A DNA stretch of 64,000 nucleotides from an uncultured Methanosarcinales archaeon (GTDB lineage Archaea > Halobacteriota > Methanosarcinia > Methanotrichales > Methanotrichaceae). The DNA is taken from contig CAWJKV010000005.1 in NCBI GenBank assembly GCA_963843555.1, forward strand, positions 289,849 through 353,848, written 5' to 3'. The notes under the pieces were generated by a model. It was given only the letters and a program-made list of their open reading frames with translations. It ran no database searches and was not told the origin of the DNA. Positions 22,563-32,809 of the stretch are shown one piece after another. Made by a program: the position numbers and the translations under genes. Position 1 is the first letter of the stretch, and every line of letters begins with the position of its first letter.

Positions 22563-23145
22563 GATTCCACCTCTTTATTTCGGTTTGCTTTTTCACGAGC
22601 TCTTTGGCAAGTTTGCTTTAATCAGTATATTTTGCTTCAAGTCAGCAATTATTGTAAGGTCCAAATTGGGATATAAATCTGGTGTACCAAAGATACGGAA
22701 GATTTATCCCTAGTATTTGAAAGAACGTAGCTGATTCTGTCTGATTATAGTGCCCCCATATCGATTTATGAGGAAAATGTACATGATGACGGATTTCTTG
22801 TCACAGATACGGATCTTGCCATGGGCACAAAGGAGCTTGTCGATAAAAAATCATTTGTCAGTGAACCAGATTGGACTAACGGCGTTGCGGACAAAGACTC
22901 CTTACTGAGATTGGTTTTATTCAATTGGTCAATGGCACGTCTTACAAAAACTCTCCCATATTTTGGTCGCGCATCTTGGTCGCGTATCAATTTAGCTTAA
23001 GAATCGTGATTTGTGGTTCAAATCCTGAGCGAGTAAAAGGGATGAAATCTTAACATACTAAAAAAATGCATTATGCTTAAATAGTTTGGTCGGTGATGGT
23101 CATTCATGGACCCTGTGAGCCAAAAAAGCGAATAAGAGGCTAGCT

Positions 23146-23958
23146 ATGTCGTTTGCATACGATAAATACGATCTGGCCGAGACCAAACTGAAGGCTTTCA
23201 CCAGATCTGCAGTGCGCACAAGAGTGATGCTCTGCCTGCTGGAAGGAGAGCTGAACGCAGGAGAGTTGGAGATGGAAATGGGTCTTCGGGCCACCACAAT
23301 ACTTCATTGCCTCAAAGAGTTGAGCGAGGAAAAACTGGTCACAAAAAGGGACCATGGATACAGACTCACAAATATTGGCAGAATCCAGGCTATGATCCTG
23401 GAAGAGCTGATAGGCACCATTGTGATCCTGGATCGACATTGGAATTTCTGGATGATTCATGACCTGAGCGACATACCTGCCAGGCTGCAAATGAATTTGG
23501 GAATGCTTGTTCAATGCCAGTTGATCAAATCGGACCCTACCTCGCTTCTCAAAAGCCATGAGCACTTTCTTGCAGAGCTCACGAGGTCCAGGAAAATTCG
23601 TAGCATTACGCCTATAATTGCTCCCGGGCACACGGAGGTTATCACCGGGGCCGTCGAAGATGGGGCTAAAGTCGAATTGATCTTAACCCCTGCCGTCTAC
23701 AGTGCCATGCTCAAAGAATGCTCCGATCTCTTGAAGAGGTTGCTCCAATCCGATAACTTCCAGTTGTATATGCTAAAAAAAGAAATTAAGATAGCCCTTA
23801 CTGTGACAGATTCCCTCATATCCCTGGGACTGTACAGGCTGGACGACGGGTATGACCTCGGCAATGAACTTTTCTGTGAGAAAGAGACATCGCGCGCATG
23901 GGGCAAAGAACTTTTTAATTATTATCTGAATCAATCCACATTGGTAAAGAGGGTTTAG
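23146..23958 (+). CDS. ArsR-like HTH plus DUF1724-type methanogen transcriptional regulator
   Basis: 'S.VR..V.L.L.EG', YRLTNIG, FW..HDLS.IP, 'DGYD' and 'WG.ELF.YY'. Confidence 0.82.
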   Translation: MSFAYDKYDLAETKLKAFTRSAVRTRVMLCLLEGELNAGELEMEMGLRATTILHCLKELSEEKLVTKRDHGYRLTNIGRIQAMILEELIGTIVILDRHWNFWMIHDLSDIPARLQMNLGMLVQCQLIKSDPTSLLKSHEHFLAELTRSRKIRSITPIIAPGHTEVITGAVEDGAKVELILTPAVYSAMLKECSDLLKRLLQSDNFQLYMLKKEIKIALTVTDSLISLGLYRLDDGYDLGNELFCEKETSRAWGKELFNYYLNQSTLVKRV

Positions 23959-24091
23959 CTGATTAGATTGAGCTTTCGTAATATTCATACAAAATGGGCA
24001 TGACCTGAAGCAAAGCTCGAACATCTCTTTTTCTCTCCTCAGAACTGCCATTTGGCAATCAGGCAAGAGTCAAGAGATCGAAGCAGAGGAT

Positions 24092-24688
24092 TCAGGCCTC
24101 TGCTGCCTCGTAGTCTGTATCGATGGTATCCTGAAGACCATCCTCGGTATGAACCGTCACCATGCGCTCAGAGACGTCCTGATCGGAGAGAATATCCGAA
24201 AAGCGCTTCGTGTAGCCGTCTCTCTCTGACGCCTTCTGGCTGTCAAAGATATTTCTATATTCAGAAATGGTTGAAGGAGCTACACGCAGGCTTTCTGCCA
24301 TATCTTTAACGGATTTGCCGGCATCTGTCAGGCGAAGAAACTCCTCCTTATCAAATGGAGGCTTCAGATCCGTCTCGCGAAATAGATGGAGCTTAATTCT
24401 GGCCCGGCTGACAGTCTTATTGAGGGCTCTATCACCCAATTGCTCTGCTATCTCAGTATCACTCAATCCTTTATAAAAGAGTCTCACCACAGAGGATAAC
24501 TGCTCGGGAGTCAGCTTCGTCTGTATGCTGTATTGTTTGATCATCTCCCGGACTACCCCCAACAGGGCGCGCTCGATCTCGCCGCTTCCCCGGAGACTAC
24601 CATGACGAGTGGCCTGCTTCTCCACGACCTTGGTGGTGGCGCCAATCTTCATAACGAGATCCCGCAGCTGATCAGTCCTACCACTCAT
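24092..24688 (-). CDS. Conserved euryarchaeal double-HTH protein (resembles haloarchaeal 'conditioned medium-induced protein 4')
   Basis: 'FY.G.SD.EIA..LG...V.RAR..LHL.R..D..PPFD' and C-terminal EDGL. Confidence 0.65.
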   Translation of the reverse strand: MSGRTDQLRDLVMKIGATTKVVEKQATRHGSLRGSGEIERALLGVVREMIKQYSIQTKLTPEQLSSVVRLFYKGLSDTEIAEQLGDRALNKTVSRARIKLHLFRETDLKPPFDKEEFLRLTDAGKSVKDMAESLRVAPSTISEYRNIFDSQKASERDGYTKRFSDILSDQDVSERMVTVHTEDGLQDTIDTDYEAAEA

Positions 24689-24789
24689 TTGAGATACTCA
24701 CCCCAAGGGAACTCCCATGTTTATAGTATAAAGAGATTTCGATTGTATTACAAACCTTTTTATACACGGCCTTCGTCTAGGAAGGCGGA

Positions 24790-25245
24790 ATGTCCGAGAC
24801 CAGCATATATGTTGTCAAGACCACTGCGAATCAGGAACGATCGGTGGCCAACATGATCGCCCAGATAGCACGCAAGGAAAAGTATGATATAAGGGCACTG
24901 CTGGTACCAGATGTGCTGAAAGGCTACGTTCTTGTGGAATCACCAGCCCCCGAGATCGTGGATCAGGCGATTCAAGGAATACCCCACGCACGCTCTGTGA
25001 TAAAAGGGGCCTCAAATATCGAAGAGGTTGAACACTTTCTCACCCCCAAGCCGGCAGTAATCGGAATTAATGAAGGCGCAATCGTTGAGCTCATATCCGG
25101 GCCCTTCAAGGGAGAGAAGGCAAGGGTCAAACGCGTGGACGTTGCCAAAGAAGAGATAACTGTGGAACTCTTTGAAGCTATGGTGCCCATCCCCATCACA
25201 GTAAGGGGAGATCACGTGCGCGTGCTCAGTAAAGATGAAACTTAG
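24790..25245 (+). CDS. spt5: Transcription elongation factor Spt5/NusG
   Basis: [15 protein letters not shown] and the KOW motif [10 protein letters not shown]. Confidence 0.96.
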   Translation: MSETSIYVVKTTANQERSVANMIAQIARKEKYDIRALLVPDVLKGYVLVESPAPEIVDQAIQGIPHARSVIKGASNIEEVEHFLTPKPAVIGINEGAIVELISGPFKGEKARVKRVDVAKEEITVELFEAMVPIPITVRGDHVRVLSKDET

Positions 25246-25256
25246 AGGTGTTTAAT

Positions 25257-25734
25257 TTGGCTAATGTCGTAGAAGCATTGGTCCCTGGCGGAAAGGCTAG
25301 CGCGGGGCCACCTTTGGGCCCGGCCCTTGGACCTCTGGGCGTGAATGTAGCCCAGGTGGTTGCCAAGATCAATGAGCAGACAAAAGATCTCAATGGAATG
25401 CAAGTTCCCAGTCAAGGTCATAGTGAAGTCCAGGACCGAATTCGAAATCGAAGTTGGCACTCCTCCCACATCGGCTCTTATCATCAGGGAGATAGGTGTG
25501 GAGAAGGGCACCGGCGACAAGACGATCGTGGGGAATCTGACAATGGAGCAGGTCTGAATGATCGCGAACATCAAGAGAAAAGGCCTTCTCTCCAAGACCC
25601 TGAAGAACGCTGCCCGCGAGGTCATCGGCACAGCAGGATCTTTGGGCGCGACCGTTGATGGTATGCCCAGCAAAGAGGCCCAAGCGGCTGTGGCCAGCGG
25701 CAAGTACGATGAGATATTAGAAGCGAAGGCTTGA
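25257..25734 (+). CDS. rpl11: 50S ribosomal protein L11, apparent frameshift near 25410 and stop near 25556
   Basis: [27 protein letters not shown] and [10 protein letters not shown]. Confidence 0.93.
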
Positions 25735-25778
25735 AATATAAAGTTATAATCTCAATTCTGATTCTCTTTTTTGAGAAG

Positions 25779-25813
25779 CCGTAGGAGACCACAAAAGTCG
25801 CAGACTACGGAGG
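25779..25813 (+). promoter_or_regulatory. Putative L1-binding autogenous operator hairpin overlapping the rpl1 Shine-Dalgarno
   Basis: CCGTAG-GA-GAC-loop-GTC-GCAGA-CTACGG forms two helices around an asymmetric loop; its 3' arm overlaps GGAGG; TATA-like sequence at ~25737-25750. Confidence 0.6.
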
Positions 25814-25819
25814 ATTGAA

Positions 25820-26452
25820 ATGGATATCGAAGAAGCCGTTAAACAGGCTATCACTGAGGCACCTGCCAGGAAGTTCAGCGAGAGCGTGGATCTGGCCATC
25901 AACCTTCACAACATCGACCTTGCCCAACCGGCAAACAGAGTCGATGCCGAGGTTATCCTACCCCACGGACTTGGCAAACCGACCAAGATCGCTGTATTCG
26001 CTGCCGGAGAGACTGCCCTGCGAGCCAAGAGCGCCGGCGCTGACCGGGTTATCTCTGCGGACGAGATCAAGGAGTTCGCCGGAGACAAGAGAGCAGCGCG
26101 AAAACTGGCCGATGAGTACAAGTTCTTCATTGCAGAGACTCAGTTCATGCCTGTCATAGGTAAGAGCCTGGGTTCCGTCTTGGGCAAGAGGGGCAAGATG
26201 CCAACACCTCTGCCGCCAACACAGGATGTAACCCCGCAAGTACAGAGGCTCAGGAACATGATCAGGATCAGGTCCAGGGACAGACCGACCTTTCACCTGA
26301 CTGTTGGGAATAGAAATATGAACACCAAAGAGCTGGCCGAAAACATCGAAGCGGTCGTCGTCAAGCTCGAGCAGACCCTGAAGGATGGTCGGCATAACCT
26401 GAAGTCCGTTTATGTCAAGACCACCATGGGGCCTTCTATAAAGGTGATCTAA
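25820..26452 (+). CDS. rpl1: 50S ribosomal protein L1
   Basis: RKFSESVDL, LPHG, LGKRGKMPTP and KTTMGP. Confidence 0.97.
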   Translation: MDIEEAVKQAITEAPARKFSESVDLAINLHNIDLAQPANRVDAEVILPHGLGKPTKIAVFAAGETALRAKSAGADRVISADEIKEFAGDKRAARKLADEYKFFIAETQFMPVIGKSLGSVLGKRGKMPTPLPPTQDVTPQVQRLRNMIRIRSRDRPTFHLTVGNRNMNTKELAENIEAVVVKLEQTLKDGRHNLKSVYVKTTMGPSIKVI

Positions 26453-27422
26453 ATGGCAGGAGCGACTCGTCACACTGCCCATATACCTGAATGGAAGGTT
26501 AAGGATGTAGAAGAGCTCGTCGAGAAGATAAGCAAGAGCAGAGTGGTCGGCATAGTGGGCGTGCGTGAGATCCCTGCCAGCAATCTGCAGCAGATGCGAG
26601 GGAGTCTCAGAGGCAAGGTCGAGATAAGAATGGTGAGAAACACCATCGCTCGCCGTGCGCTGGAGGCATCCGCCCCGGATATCAGGCCGCTGGCTGATTT
26701 CATTGAAGACCAGACTGCTTTGATATTCAGCGATGAGAATCCCTTCAAGCTCAACAGCCTGCTGGAGAAAGGCAAACAGCCCATGCCCATTAAAGCCGGC
26801 TCACGTGCCCCCAAGGACATTATTGTCGAGGCCGGAGAGACTTCATTCTCACCAGGACCCATGGTCGGCAAGCTCCAGGCAGCCGGTATTCCTGCCGCCA
26901 TCAAAGGCGGAAAGGTGGTCATCAACCAGAAGATCACTCTCGCCAAAGAGGGAGAGATCGTTCCGCCAAGACTGCAGACATTCTGAAGACCATGGAGATC
27001 TTCCCCAGAAACGTAGGTCTGGAATTGAGAGCAGCCTACGAGGGTGGATTGATCTTCAAGTCCAAGGATCTTTCCATCGATGTGGACGAGCCAGATCAGC
27101 TGAGCTATGCAATGCTTCAGCCAAGGCGCTGAGCTTTGCTGTCGAGATTGGCTATACCACGCCGGTTACGATCGGACCTATGCTGCAGAAGGCCCAAGAC
27201 CAAGGCCAGAGCCCTGGTACTGGAAGCGGGAATACCCGTGCCGAGCATGATGGAGTTCATTCTGGCCAAGGCGGCTGCCAATGCCAAGGCCATTGCCAGC
27301 ATGACCAGCGGCAAGACAGCTCCGGCGGCAGCCCCGCGGCTGCGCCCGCTGCCAAGGAAGAGAAAGAAGAGAAGAAGGATGAAGGAGACACCGCAGCAGG
27401 ACTTGGTGCTCTATTCGGTTAA
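26453..27422 (+). CDS. rplP0: 50S ribosomal protein L10 (P0), several frameshifts
   Basis: [14 protein letters not shown] and C-terminal AAGLGALFG. Confidence 0.93.
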
Positions 27423-27454
27423 CTTGGTTTAAGATAATTAGAGGTCGATTCAAA

Positions 27455-27764
27455 ATGGAATACGTATATGCTGCATTACTGCTTCACAGCGCAGGCAAAG
27501 ACGTTACTGAGGATGGAATAAAGAAGGTCGTCGAGGCCTCTGGTGTGGCCGTTGACGATGTTAGGGTCAAGGCCCTGGTGGCCGCTCTAGAAGGCGTGGA
27601 CATCGCCAAGGTCCTCTCCCAGGCTGCCGTCATGCCAGTAGCCGCTGCCGCACCGGTCGCTGCCGCTGCTGCTGCCGCGACTGCCGCCAAGCGAAGAGAA
27701 AGAAGAGAATAAGGAAGCTGCAGAGGAGAGCGGAGTAGAGGGCCTGGGTGCCCTATTCGGCTGA
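27455..27764 (+). CDS. rpl12: Ribosomal stalk protein L12/P1, frameshifted near 27690
   Basis: [23 protein letters not shown], Ala hinge and [12 protein letters not shown] tail. Confidence 0.93.
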
Positions 27765-27891
27765 ATCTCCTTTCAGCTTTTACCCATCTTTTTTTCGGCC
27801 AGTTCATTATGCTTTTTGGAATCTTTAACTTTAGCAAAAATATTACGGAATATTTCTATATGGATAATAAAAGAATGTAATAAAAAGAGTA

Positions 27892-28164
27892 TTAGAGCTC
27901 TTCTAACTTCTCGATGGAGACCTTCTTGACATTCGGCTTCCAGATATTGGTTGGCATCCAGCTGGGTGCATTGGAGGGCTTTGGCACCTGTATTCGCTCG
28001 CCCTGAAAGATATGAACCTTCTTGGTCCCTCTTTCCCGGAGCCTTATGTCGGTGAAGCCGCGGTTTGCCGCCTTCAGGGCAGCTTGTCTGGGTTGCTTTC
28101 CGGAAAAGACTCCGATCTCATTTCCATCCCTGTCCCGCAATGCGAAATTCCTTTTTTCTATCAT
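27892..28164 (-). CDS. Chromosomal protein MC1
   Basis: 'RNFALRD.DG.E.GVF.GKQPRQAALKAANRG...IRLRERGTKKVH.F...P.WMP..I.KP.V'. Confidence 0.95.
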   Translation of the reverse strand: MIEKRNFALRDRDGNEIGVFSGKQPRQAALKAANRGFTDIRLRERGTKKVHIFQGERIQVPKPSNAPSWMPTNIWKPNVKKVSIEKLEEL

Positions 28165-28375
28165 ATTTTTATTCCTCTTCAAAGCCGTGTGCGTCGGGCA
28201 ATAAGCCGTGCAGCATGTCTATATAACATCTACTCTTATATTAATCTTTTGTTTGGTTCAAGAATTTGTAGAGAGTTTTCAAGAAAACAACATTTATCCC
28301 TGATCAATCTCAATGCCAGGAAAGGGACGCCCAAGAGGAATGACTTTTTATTCTGGCCGGAACTCTCATCCATTC

Positions 28376-28921
28376 ATGGCATGGGTCATGTGGTTCACGG
28401 GCCTTCCGGGCTGCGGGAAGACCACTATTGCAGATCGAGTCAAGGAGAAGCTCTCTGAAGAAGGGATATATGCCAAAATACTGCAACTGGATGAGATCAG
28501 AAGGGCCATAACTCCAGAGCCCAAATATACAGAAGAGGAGAGGGATATCGTTTATGCGAGCCTGGCCTACATGGCAAAGCTCCTGGCAGACGAGGGAATA
28601 AATGTTATGGTAGATGCGACTGCCAATAGACGTCGTTATCGTGACTTCGCCCGCCTTTTAATCCCGAATTTCGGCGAGATATTCATCCGCGCACCCCTGG
28701 AGATCTGCAGGACCCGAGAAGAGAAGAGAAAGGCAAAATTCTCCCCCAAAGGCATCTACAAGAAAGCCTCAGAAAAGGAGGCGACAGTTCCCGGAGTCAA
28801 TGTGGCCTACGAGGAGCCCCTGGCAGCAGAGATTGTTGTGGACACATTGGAAATGAACGTCGAAGAGAGTGCCAGGTTTATAGCGGATCGGATCCTGGAC
28901 CTCGATTGGTCAAAGAAATGA
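28376..28921 (+). CDS. Adenylyl-sulfate kinase (CysC)-like P-loop kinase
   Basis: WFTGLPGCGKTT, LDEIR, GIYKKA and PGVNVAYEEP. Confidence 0.75.
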   Translation: MAWVMWFTGLPGCGKTTIADRVKEKLSEEGIYAKILQLDEIRRAITPEPKYTEEERDIVYASLAYMAKLLADEGINVMVDATANRRRYRDFARLLIPNFGEIFIRAPLEICRTREEKRKAKFSPKGIYKKASEKEATVPGVNVAYEEPLAAEIVVDTLEMNVEESARFIADRILDLDWSKK

Positions 28922-28987
28922 TCTAAGACCCAATCCCGGAAAGATTAAAATACAGTCACTTAGACCTTTATTCAGGAAGTGTGATGC

Positions 28988-30142
28988 TTGAAGTCCAATG
29001 CTGGTTTTGTGGGTTTTGATGGTACGGAGAATAAACGAACTCTCTTGGCTCTGGCAGAGGTCAAGAAGGCCTCGGGCATCGAGGGCGATCTGAATGTGCT
29101 GCTCAGAAAACCCCATGGCAGGGCCCTGTCAATCGTCGCCAAATTCAACCGCTTGTATGGAGTGAAGGCCTTCGTCAGCGACGTGGCCAATAAGGAGAAG
29201 TGGGAGAAGGCAGGAGTAAAGATCGAGGGCGGCTATGACGATTTCTTTGCGGCATCGGATTTTGTGATGGTGGGGACACCGGGCGACGAGGAGCTGCCTT
29301 ATGTCGAGTCTGGCCTTGCCAACGACTGCTTCGTCTCCCTCATGGGCGGCGCGGACCGGCCGGAGATTCTAAAAGGTTTAACAGAAAGCAAGAAGGTCAA
29401 GATCACAGACGAACTCAAGGCTGACTTTGCCCGTGAGTTCTTCTTCGGCCTGGAGAACTACGAGATGTTTCTCAAGGCCAAGCCCAAGCTGGTGCAGTGC
29501 ACAAGCTGCAACACCACAGGTCTGTCCCGTCTGGCATTAGCCGCCCGCCCTCTGGGCTTGACTGCCATTTTAGGCAACATCGATCGCCGGCATGGCGACC
29601 CCCACACGGTGGTAAAGGCCTCGCCAAGTGCTATCCAGTTCGGCAAGGGAGCCGGGCATCAGGGCACGGACGCGGGAACGGTCTTCGAAGAGGTCAAGTT
29701 CAATATTCGGGCCAGCAAGGTGCCGACCACAGTGCCGCATACCAACTTCCTGAACATGATCTTTAAGGGAGATGTAACTCCAGCGCAGTTGGTCGAGCAG
29801 TATGCCAAGACCCGGGAGGTTGTGGTCATGCCCTACCAGGATGAGGGCAAGAAGCATGATTGGACGAGCGAGATTCTGGAGGCCTTCCTCTCCGGCGTGG
29901 AGCGGCCCATCAGCCCCGAGATCTTCGAATTGATCGTCTCCGATGCTATCATACCCTTCAAATTGGGAGACTTCACCGTTCTGCAGACTGTTTCCATGGT
30001 GGAGCAGATGTCCATCGCTGTGCCAAACCACGTAGAATCCTATCTGCTTTCCGCGGGATACCCGGCAGCCGATGTGCACGCTTTGGTGGACAAGTCCCTG
30101 GGTATCATGCACGGCATCTGGCCGGACAAGCTGAGCTATTGA
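28988..30142 (+). CDS. Highly diverged archaeal (type II) GAPDH-family protein
   Basis: SCNTTGLSR, RRHGDP, GHQGTD..TV, KVPTT..H and C-terminal KSLGI; atypical Rossmann loop GFDGTENKR. Confidence 0.75.
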   Translation: MKSNAGFVGFDGTENKRTLLALAEVKKASGIEGDLNVLLRKPHGRALSIVAKFNRLYGVKAFVSDVANKEKWEKAGVKIEGGYDDFFAASDFVMVGTPGDEELPYVESGLANDCFVSLMGGADRPEILKGLTESKKVKITDELKADFAREFFFGLENYEMFLKAKPKLVQCTSCNTTGLSRLALAARPLGLTAILGNIDRRHGDPHTVVKASPSAIQFGKGAGHQGTDAGTVFEEVKFNIRASKVPTTVPHTNFLNMIFKGDVTPAQLVEQYAKTREVVVMPYQDEGKKHDWTSEILEAFLSGVERPISPEIFELIVSDAIIPFKLGDFTVLQTVSMVEQMSIAVPNHVESYLLSAGYPAADVHALVDKSLGIMHGIWPDKLSY

Positions 30143-30162
30143 CGGGCTTGGCAAGGCTCCAA

Positions 30163-31215
30163 ATGTCTGAGGAGATACAGGGCAGGCTATTGGACGACAA
30201 GGTCCACCTGGGGCCTGAAGCCCTTGCTGATCTTTATGAGCAGGGCTACTTCGGCCGGCCCAAAGGCAAAGGCCTTGAACTGTCCCTGGTGGAATCGGCT
30301 TATCTCCTGGACCGATCGAGGATCAGGATAACCCGGGACGGAAAAGAGCTGGACTTCAGGGCCTTTTTCCAGGAGGCTTCCTCTCTGGAAAAGGGTTTCG
30401 AGTTCCGCTACGTGGTCTACAAAGACCTGCGGGAGCGGGGCTACTATGTCCAACCCGGCCGGCCGGATTTTCGGGTCTACCCTCGGGGCGGGCACCCGGG
30501 AAAGAGCCCGGCTGAGTTTTATGTTCTTGTCATTTCGGAGCGTATGCCGTTGCCTCTGGGGGAGATCATCGAGCCTGTGCGCGTAGCTGGGCAGATGAGA
30601 AAGAAGCTGATGCTGGCCATAGTCGATGAGGAGAGCGATATCACCTTTTACGAGGCGAAAGAGAAGTCCATGTCCGGGATGATGGCGGAAGAGGAAGAGG
30701 GCGGCATGGCTACCCTTTTGGAGGATCGAGTGGTTCTCTGGGATGCCGTGGCATCGCAGAGGCTGCATGAGCACGGATTTTACGGCAAGCCTGTAGGCGA
30801 GAGGCTTCAGCTCTCGCTGGTCGAGTCGGCGTATCTCCTGGAGAATGGTCTGATTCAACTGAACGATCGTTCGGGCTCCGCCGTCAACCTGGAGAGCCTC
30901 ATGGCCAGGGCGCGCCAGATAGAGAGTGATTTCGATCAGAAGTTCAGCGTTTATAAGGATCTGCGAGACAAGAAACTGGTTGTGAAGACTGGCTTCAAAT
31001 TCGGAACGCACTTTCGGGTCTACAAGCAAGTGGAAGGAACCCGGAAAGCGCCTCACTCTGAGTACCTGGTTCACACCGTCCCCCAGGATCATATCTTCCT
31101 GCCGCCTGTGCTCTCTCGCGCCGTGCGTCTGGCTCATTCGGTGCGTAAGCAGATGGTCTTCGCCTATCCGGATAACGATGTCAGGTATCTGGAGATACGA
31201 AGGCTGAAGCCCTGA
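30163..31215 (+). CDS. endA: tRNA-splicing endonuclease, two-unit (alpha2) type
   Basis: Two LSLVESAYLL/VYKDLR repeats, KTGFKFGTHFRVY, HSEYLV and AHSVRK. Confidence 0.95.
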   Translation: MSEEIQGRLLDDKVHLGPEALADLYEQGYFGRPKGKGLELSLVESAYLLDRSRIRITRDGKELDFRAFFQEASSLEKGFEFRYVVYKDLRERGYYVQPGRPDFRVYPRGGHPGKSPAEFYVLVISERMPLPLGEIIEPVRVAGQMRKKLMLAIVDEESDITFYEAKEKSMSGMMAEEEEGGMATLLEDRVVLWDAVASQRLHEHGFYGKPVGERLQLSLVESAYLLENGLIQLNDRSGSAVNLESLMARARQIESDFDQKFSVYKDLRDKKLVVKTGFKFGTHFRVYKQVEGTRKAPHSEYLVHTVPQDHIFLPPVLSRAVRLAHSVRKQMVFAYPDNDVRYLEIRRLKP

Positions 31216-31263
31216 ACCGAGATAGAACTAATTATTAAATACTACTTTGGCCCATCAGAAATT

Positions 31264-31431
31264 ATGCCCAAGATCGAGGTGGAGCTGAGTTCGGATTTGA
31301 ATGACCGGCTGGCAAGTTTTGTCGTGAAGAGCAGAGGATCCCTCTATGTTCAGCGAAGCGACGTCATCGTCGAAGCCATAAAGGATTACCTGGATCGCAA
31401 TGAGCGCAAAGTGCATAGATCCAACGGCTAG
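31264..31431 (+). CDS. Small ribbon-helix-helix protein (55 aa, not in ORF track)
   Basis: MPKIEVELSSDLNDRLASFV...RSDVIVEAIKDYLDR. Confidence 0.65.
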   Translation: MPKIEVELSSDLNDRLASFVVKSRGSLYVQRSDVIVEAIKDYLDRNERKVHRSNG

Positions 31432-31441
31432 CTTACAAAAT

Positions 31442-31720
31442 TCAGGATATATTTCTATCCATCGGGGCAGGCTCCAGGCTCTTCTCCCAGATGGTCTCTC
31501 CGTCGTAGTCGATGCGCCTGATGCGGTGCAGGGGGATGAATTTCGTCTTCATCTCCGAATTGATCTCCATAATTCCCTGCTCCAAACGGATGATCTTGTC
31601 TCCCAGAACCCGCGACCTGTCACCAGGCGCGCCTCGATCGACATATTCAACCGAGACTTTGCGGAAATCATATTGAGGATCGTGGAAAAGGCGCAGGAGA
31701 AGGGCGTGGCTGGTTCTCAT
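31442..31720 (-). CDS. DUF504/MJ1316-like RNA-repair-associated protein
   Basis: HDP, YVDRG and IPLHRIRRI...G..IWEK. Confidence 0.85.
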   Translation of the reverse strand: MRTSHALLLRLFHDPQYDFRKVSVEYVDRGAPGDRSRVLGDKIIRLEQGIMEINSEMKTKFIPLHRIRRIDYDGETIWEKSLEPAPMDRNIS

Positions 31721-31844
31721 ATTATGACGGATTCTTATATTTTATTGGTCATGAGCAGTTCATTCGAATAAGGACATTCATCTTTGCCCGGCATCAAGGG
31801 CCGGAATTCTATATCCAGATATCCGGCCTTGCATTTCCGGCCTG

Positions 31845-32006
31845 CTATCCCACCCGCCAGGCTCCATTCTTCAGGTCGGGATGAGGCTGCCTTCCCTCAT
31901 AACCGCACATCTTGCAGCGAATTATTACTGTTACTCCATCCTCGGTCCAGGCCTCGGCCACGTTTCCGCATCTGGGACATTTAGTTGGAATATGAGTTCC
32001 TGCCAT
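31845..32006 (-). CDS. Small CPxCG zinc-finger protein (53 aa, not in ORF track)
   Basis: MAGTHIPTKCPRCGNVAEAWTEDGVTVIIRCKMCGYEG...; GGTG-type RBS upstream. Confidence 0.75.
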   Translation of the reverse strand: MAGTHIPTKCPRCGNVAEAWTEDGVTVIIRCKMCGYEGRQPHPDLKNGAWRVG

Positions 32007-32054
32007 TGATTACACCATCATGCACTATTGACTTTCGAGGCTGCATTGCATTTA

Positions 32055-32393
32055 TTATCTACATCGATCATCCGATTTATCATCTGCTCTGATTCCGGCT
32101 TCTGCCAGCTCGGATTGGATCAGCTCGTTCAGGAAGCCGGCCCGGATCTGCTGGGCATAGTTCCAAAAATCTGGCCCGCATTTGCTGCAGTCTTTGGATG
32201 CCCCTTCCATTATTCTTACCAGATCGAGCAAGCTTCTGTACATCAGCGGGGCTGCATTAATGAGCTGCCGCTCGAAGATGCTCGAACCAACTCTTTCGAG
32301 AATCAGTCTGCAAACATTTTGCCTCCAGGCCATGCAGCCCTCCTGCAGGCATTCTCTGGCGACATATGGGCAGGCTTTAGATGGAACTGACAT
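32055..32393 (-). CDS. Cys-rich hypothetical protein
   Basis: CPY..ECLQEGCMAW..VC and CSKC motifs. Confidence 0.6.
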   Translation of the reverse strand: MSVPSKACPYVARECLQEGCMAWRQNVCRLILERVGSSIFERQLINAAPLMYRSLLDLVRIMEGASKDCSKCGPDFWNYAQQIRAGFLNELIQSELAEAGIRADDKSDDRCR

Positions 32394-32621
32394 CTATTGA
32401 TCACCAGTAAGTCTTGGTTCTATATTCAACGTTCAACATATTATTCTTTTCGATTCGTAGATATGGATGTAAATTCCTAAAAGCTTGCATTTATATACTC
32501 GCCAACTCCGATACCTCAATCTCTGCTAGGCAATGGCATTTACGAGGGCTTTTGGCGCTCCAATCCCGTATCCGTCTTGTTGGAAAGCTTAATAGCCTGG
32601 AAGCGATGTTGCAATCCTCAT

Positions 32622-32710
32622 GGACTCGTAGGGTAGTGGACATCCTAGCGGGCTTCGGTGACTCTTGTCGAAGATACCCGCTGACCTGGGTTCGAGTCCC
32701 AGCGAGTCCG
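32622..32710 (+). tRNA. tRNA-Arg(UCG) with a 17-nt intron at 37/38 (32659-32675)
   Basis: Acceptor stem GGACTCG/CGAGTCC, anticodon stem GCGGG/CCCGC, T-loop TTCGAGT; BHB helix CTTC/GAAG plus GAC/GTC; TATA-like sequence upstream. Confidence 0.95.
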
Positions 32711-32809
32711 TTATTTTTCCCCCAAGATAGCATGGCCAAGATTGAATATTCAGCGAGAGTGGAATGGGATTTTCAGTAGCTCACGAAAACTGTAGGAGAT
32801 GAATGAAGA

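Noticed and set aside
22600..23100. Short ORFs between the two divergent regulators
   Set aside because: No recognisable motif or clear start; left unannotated.
25555..25557. In-frame TGA in rpl11 as selenocysteine or readthrough
   Set aside because: Not a Cys position, and the gene has other lesions typical of sequencing error.
30187..31137. Long antisense ORFs (e.g. opposite endA, ahcY and mat)
   Set aside because: Shadow frames of well-supported GC-rich genes.
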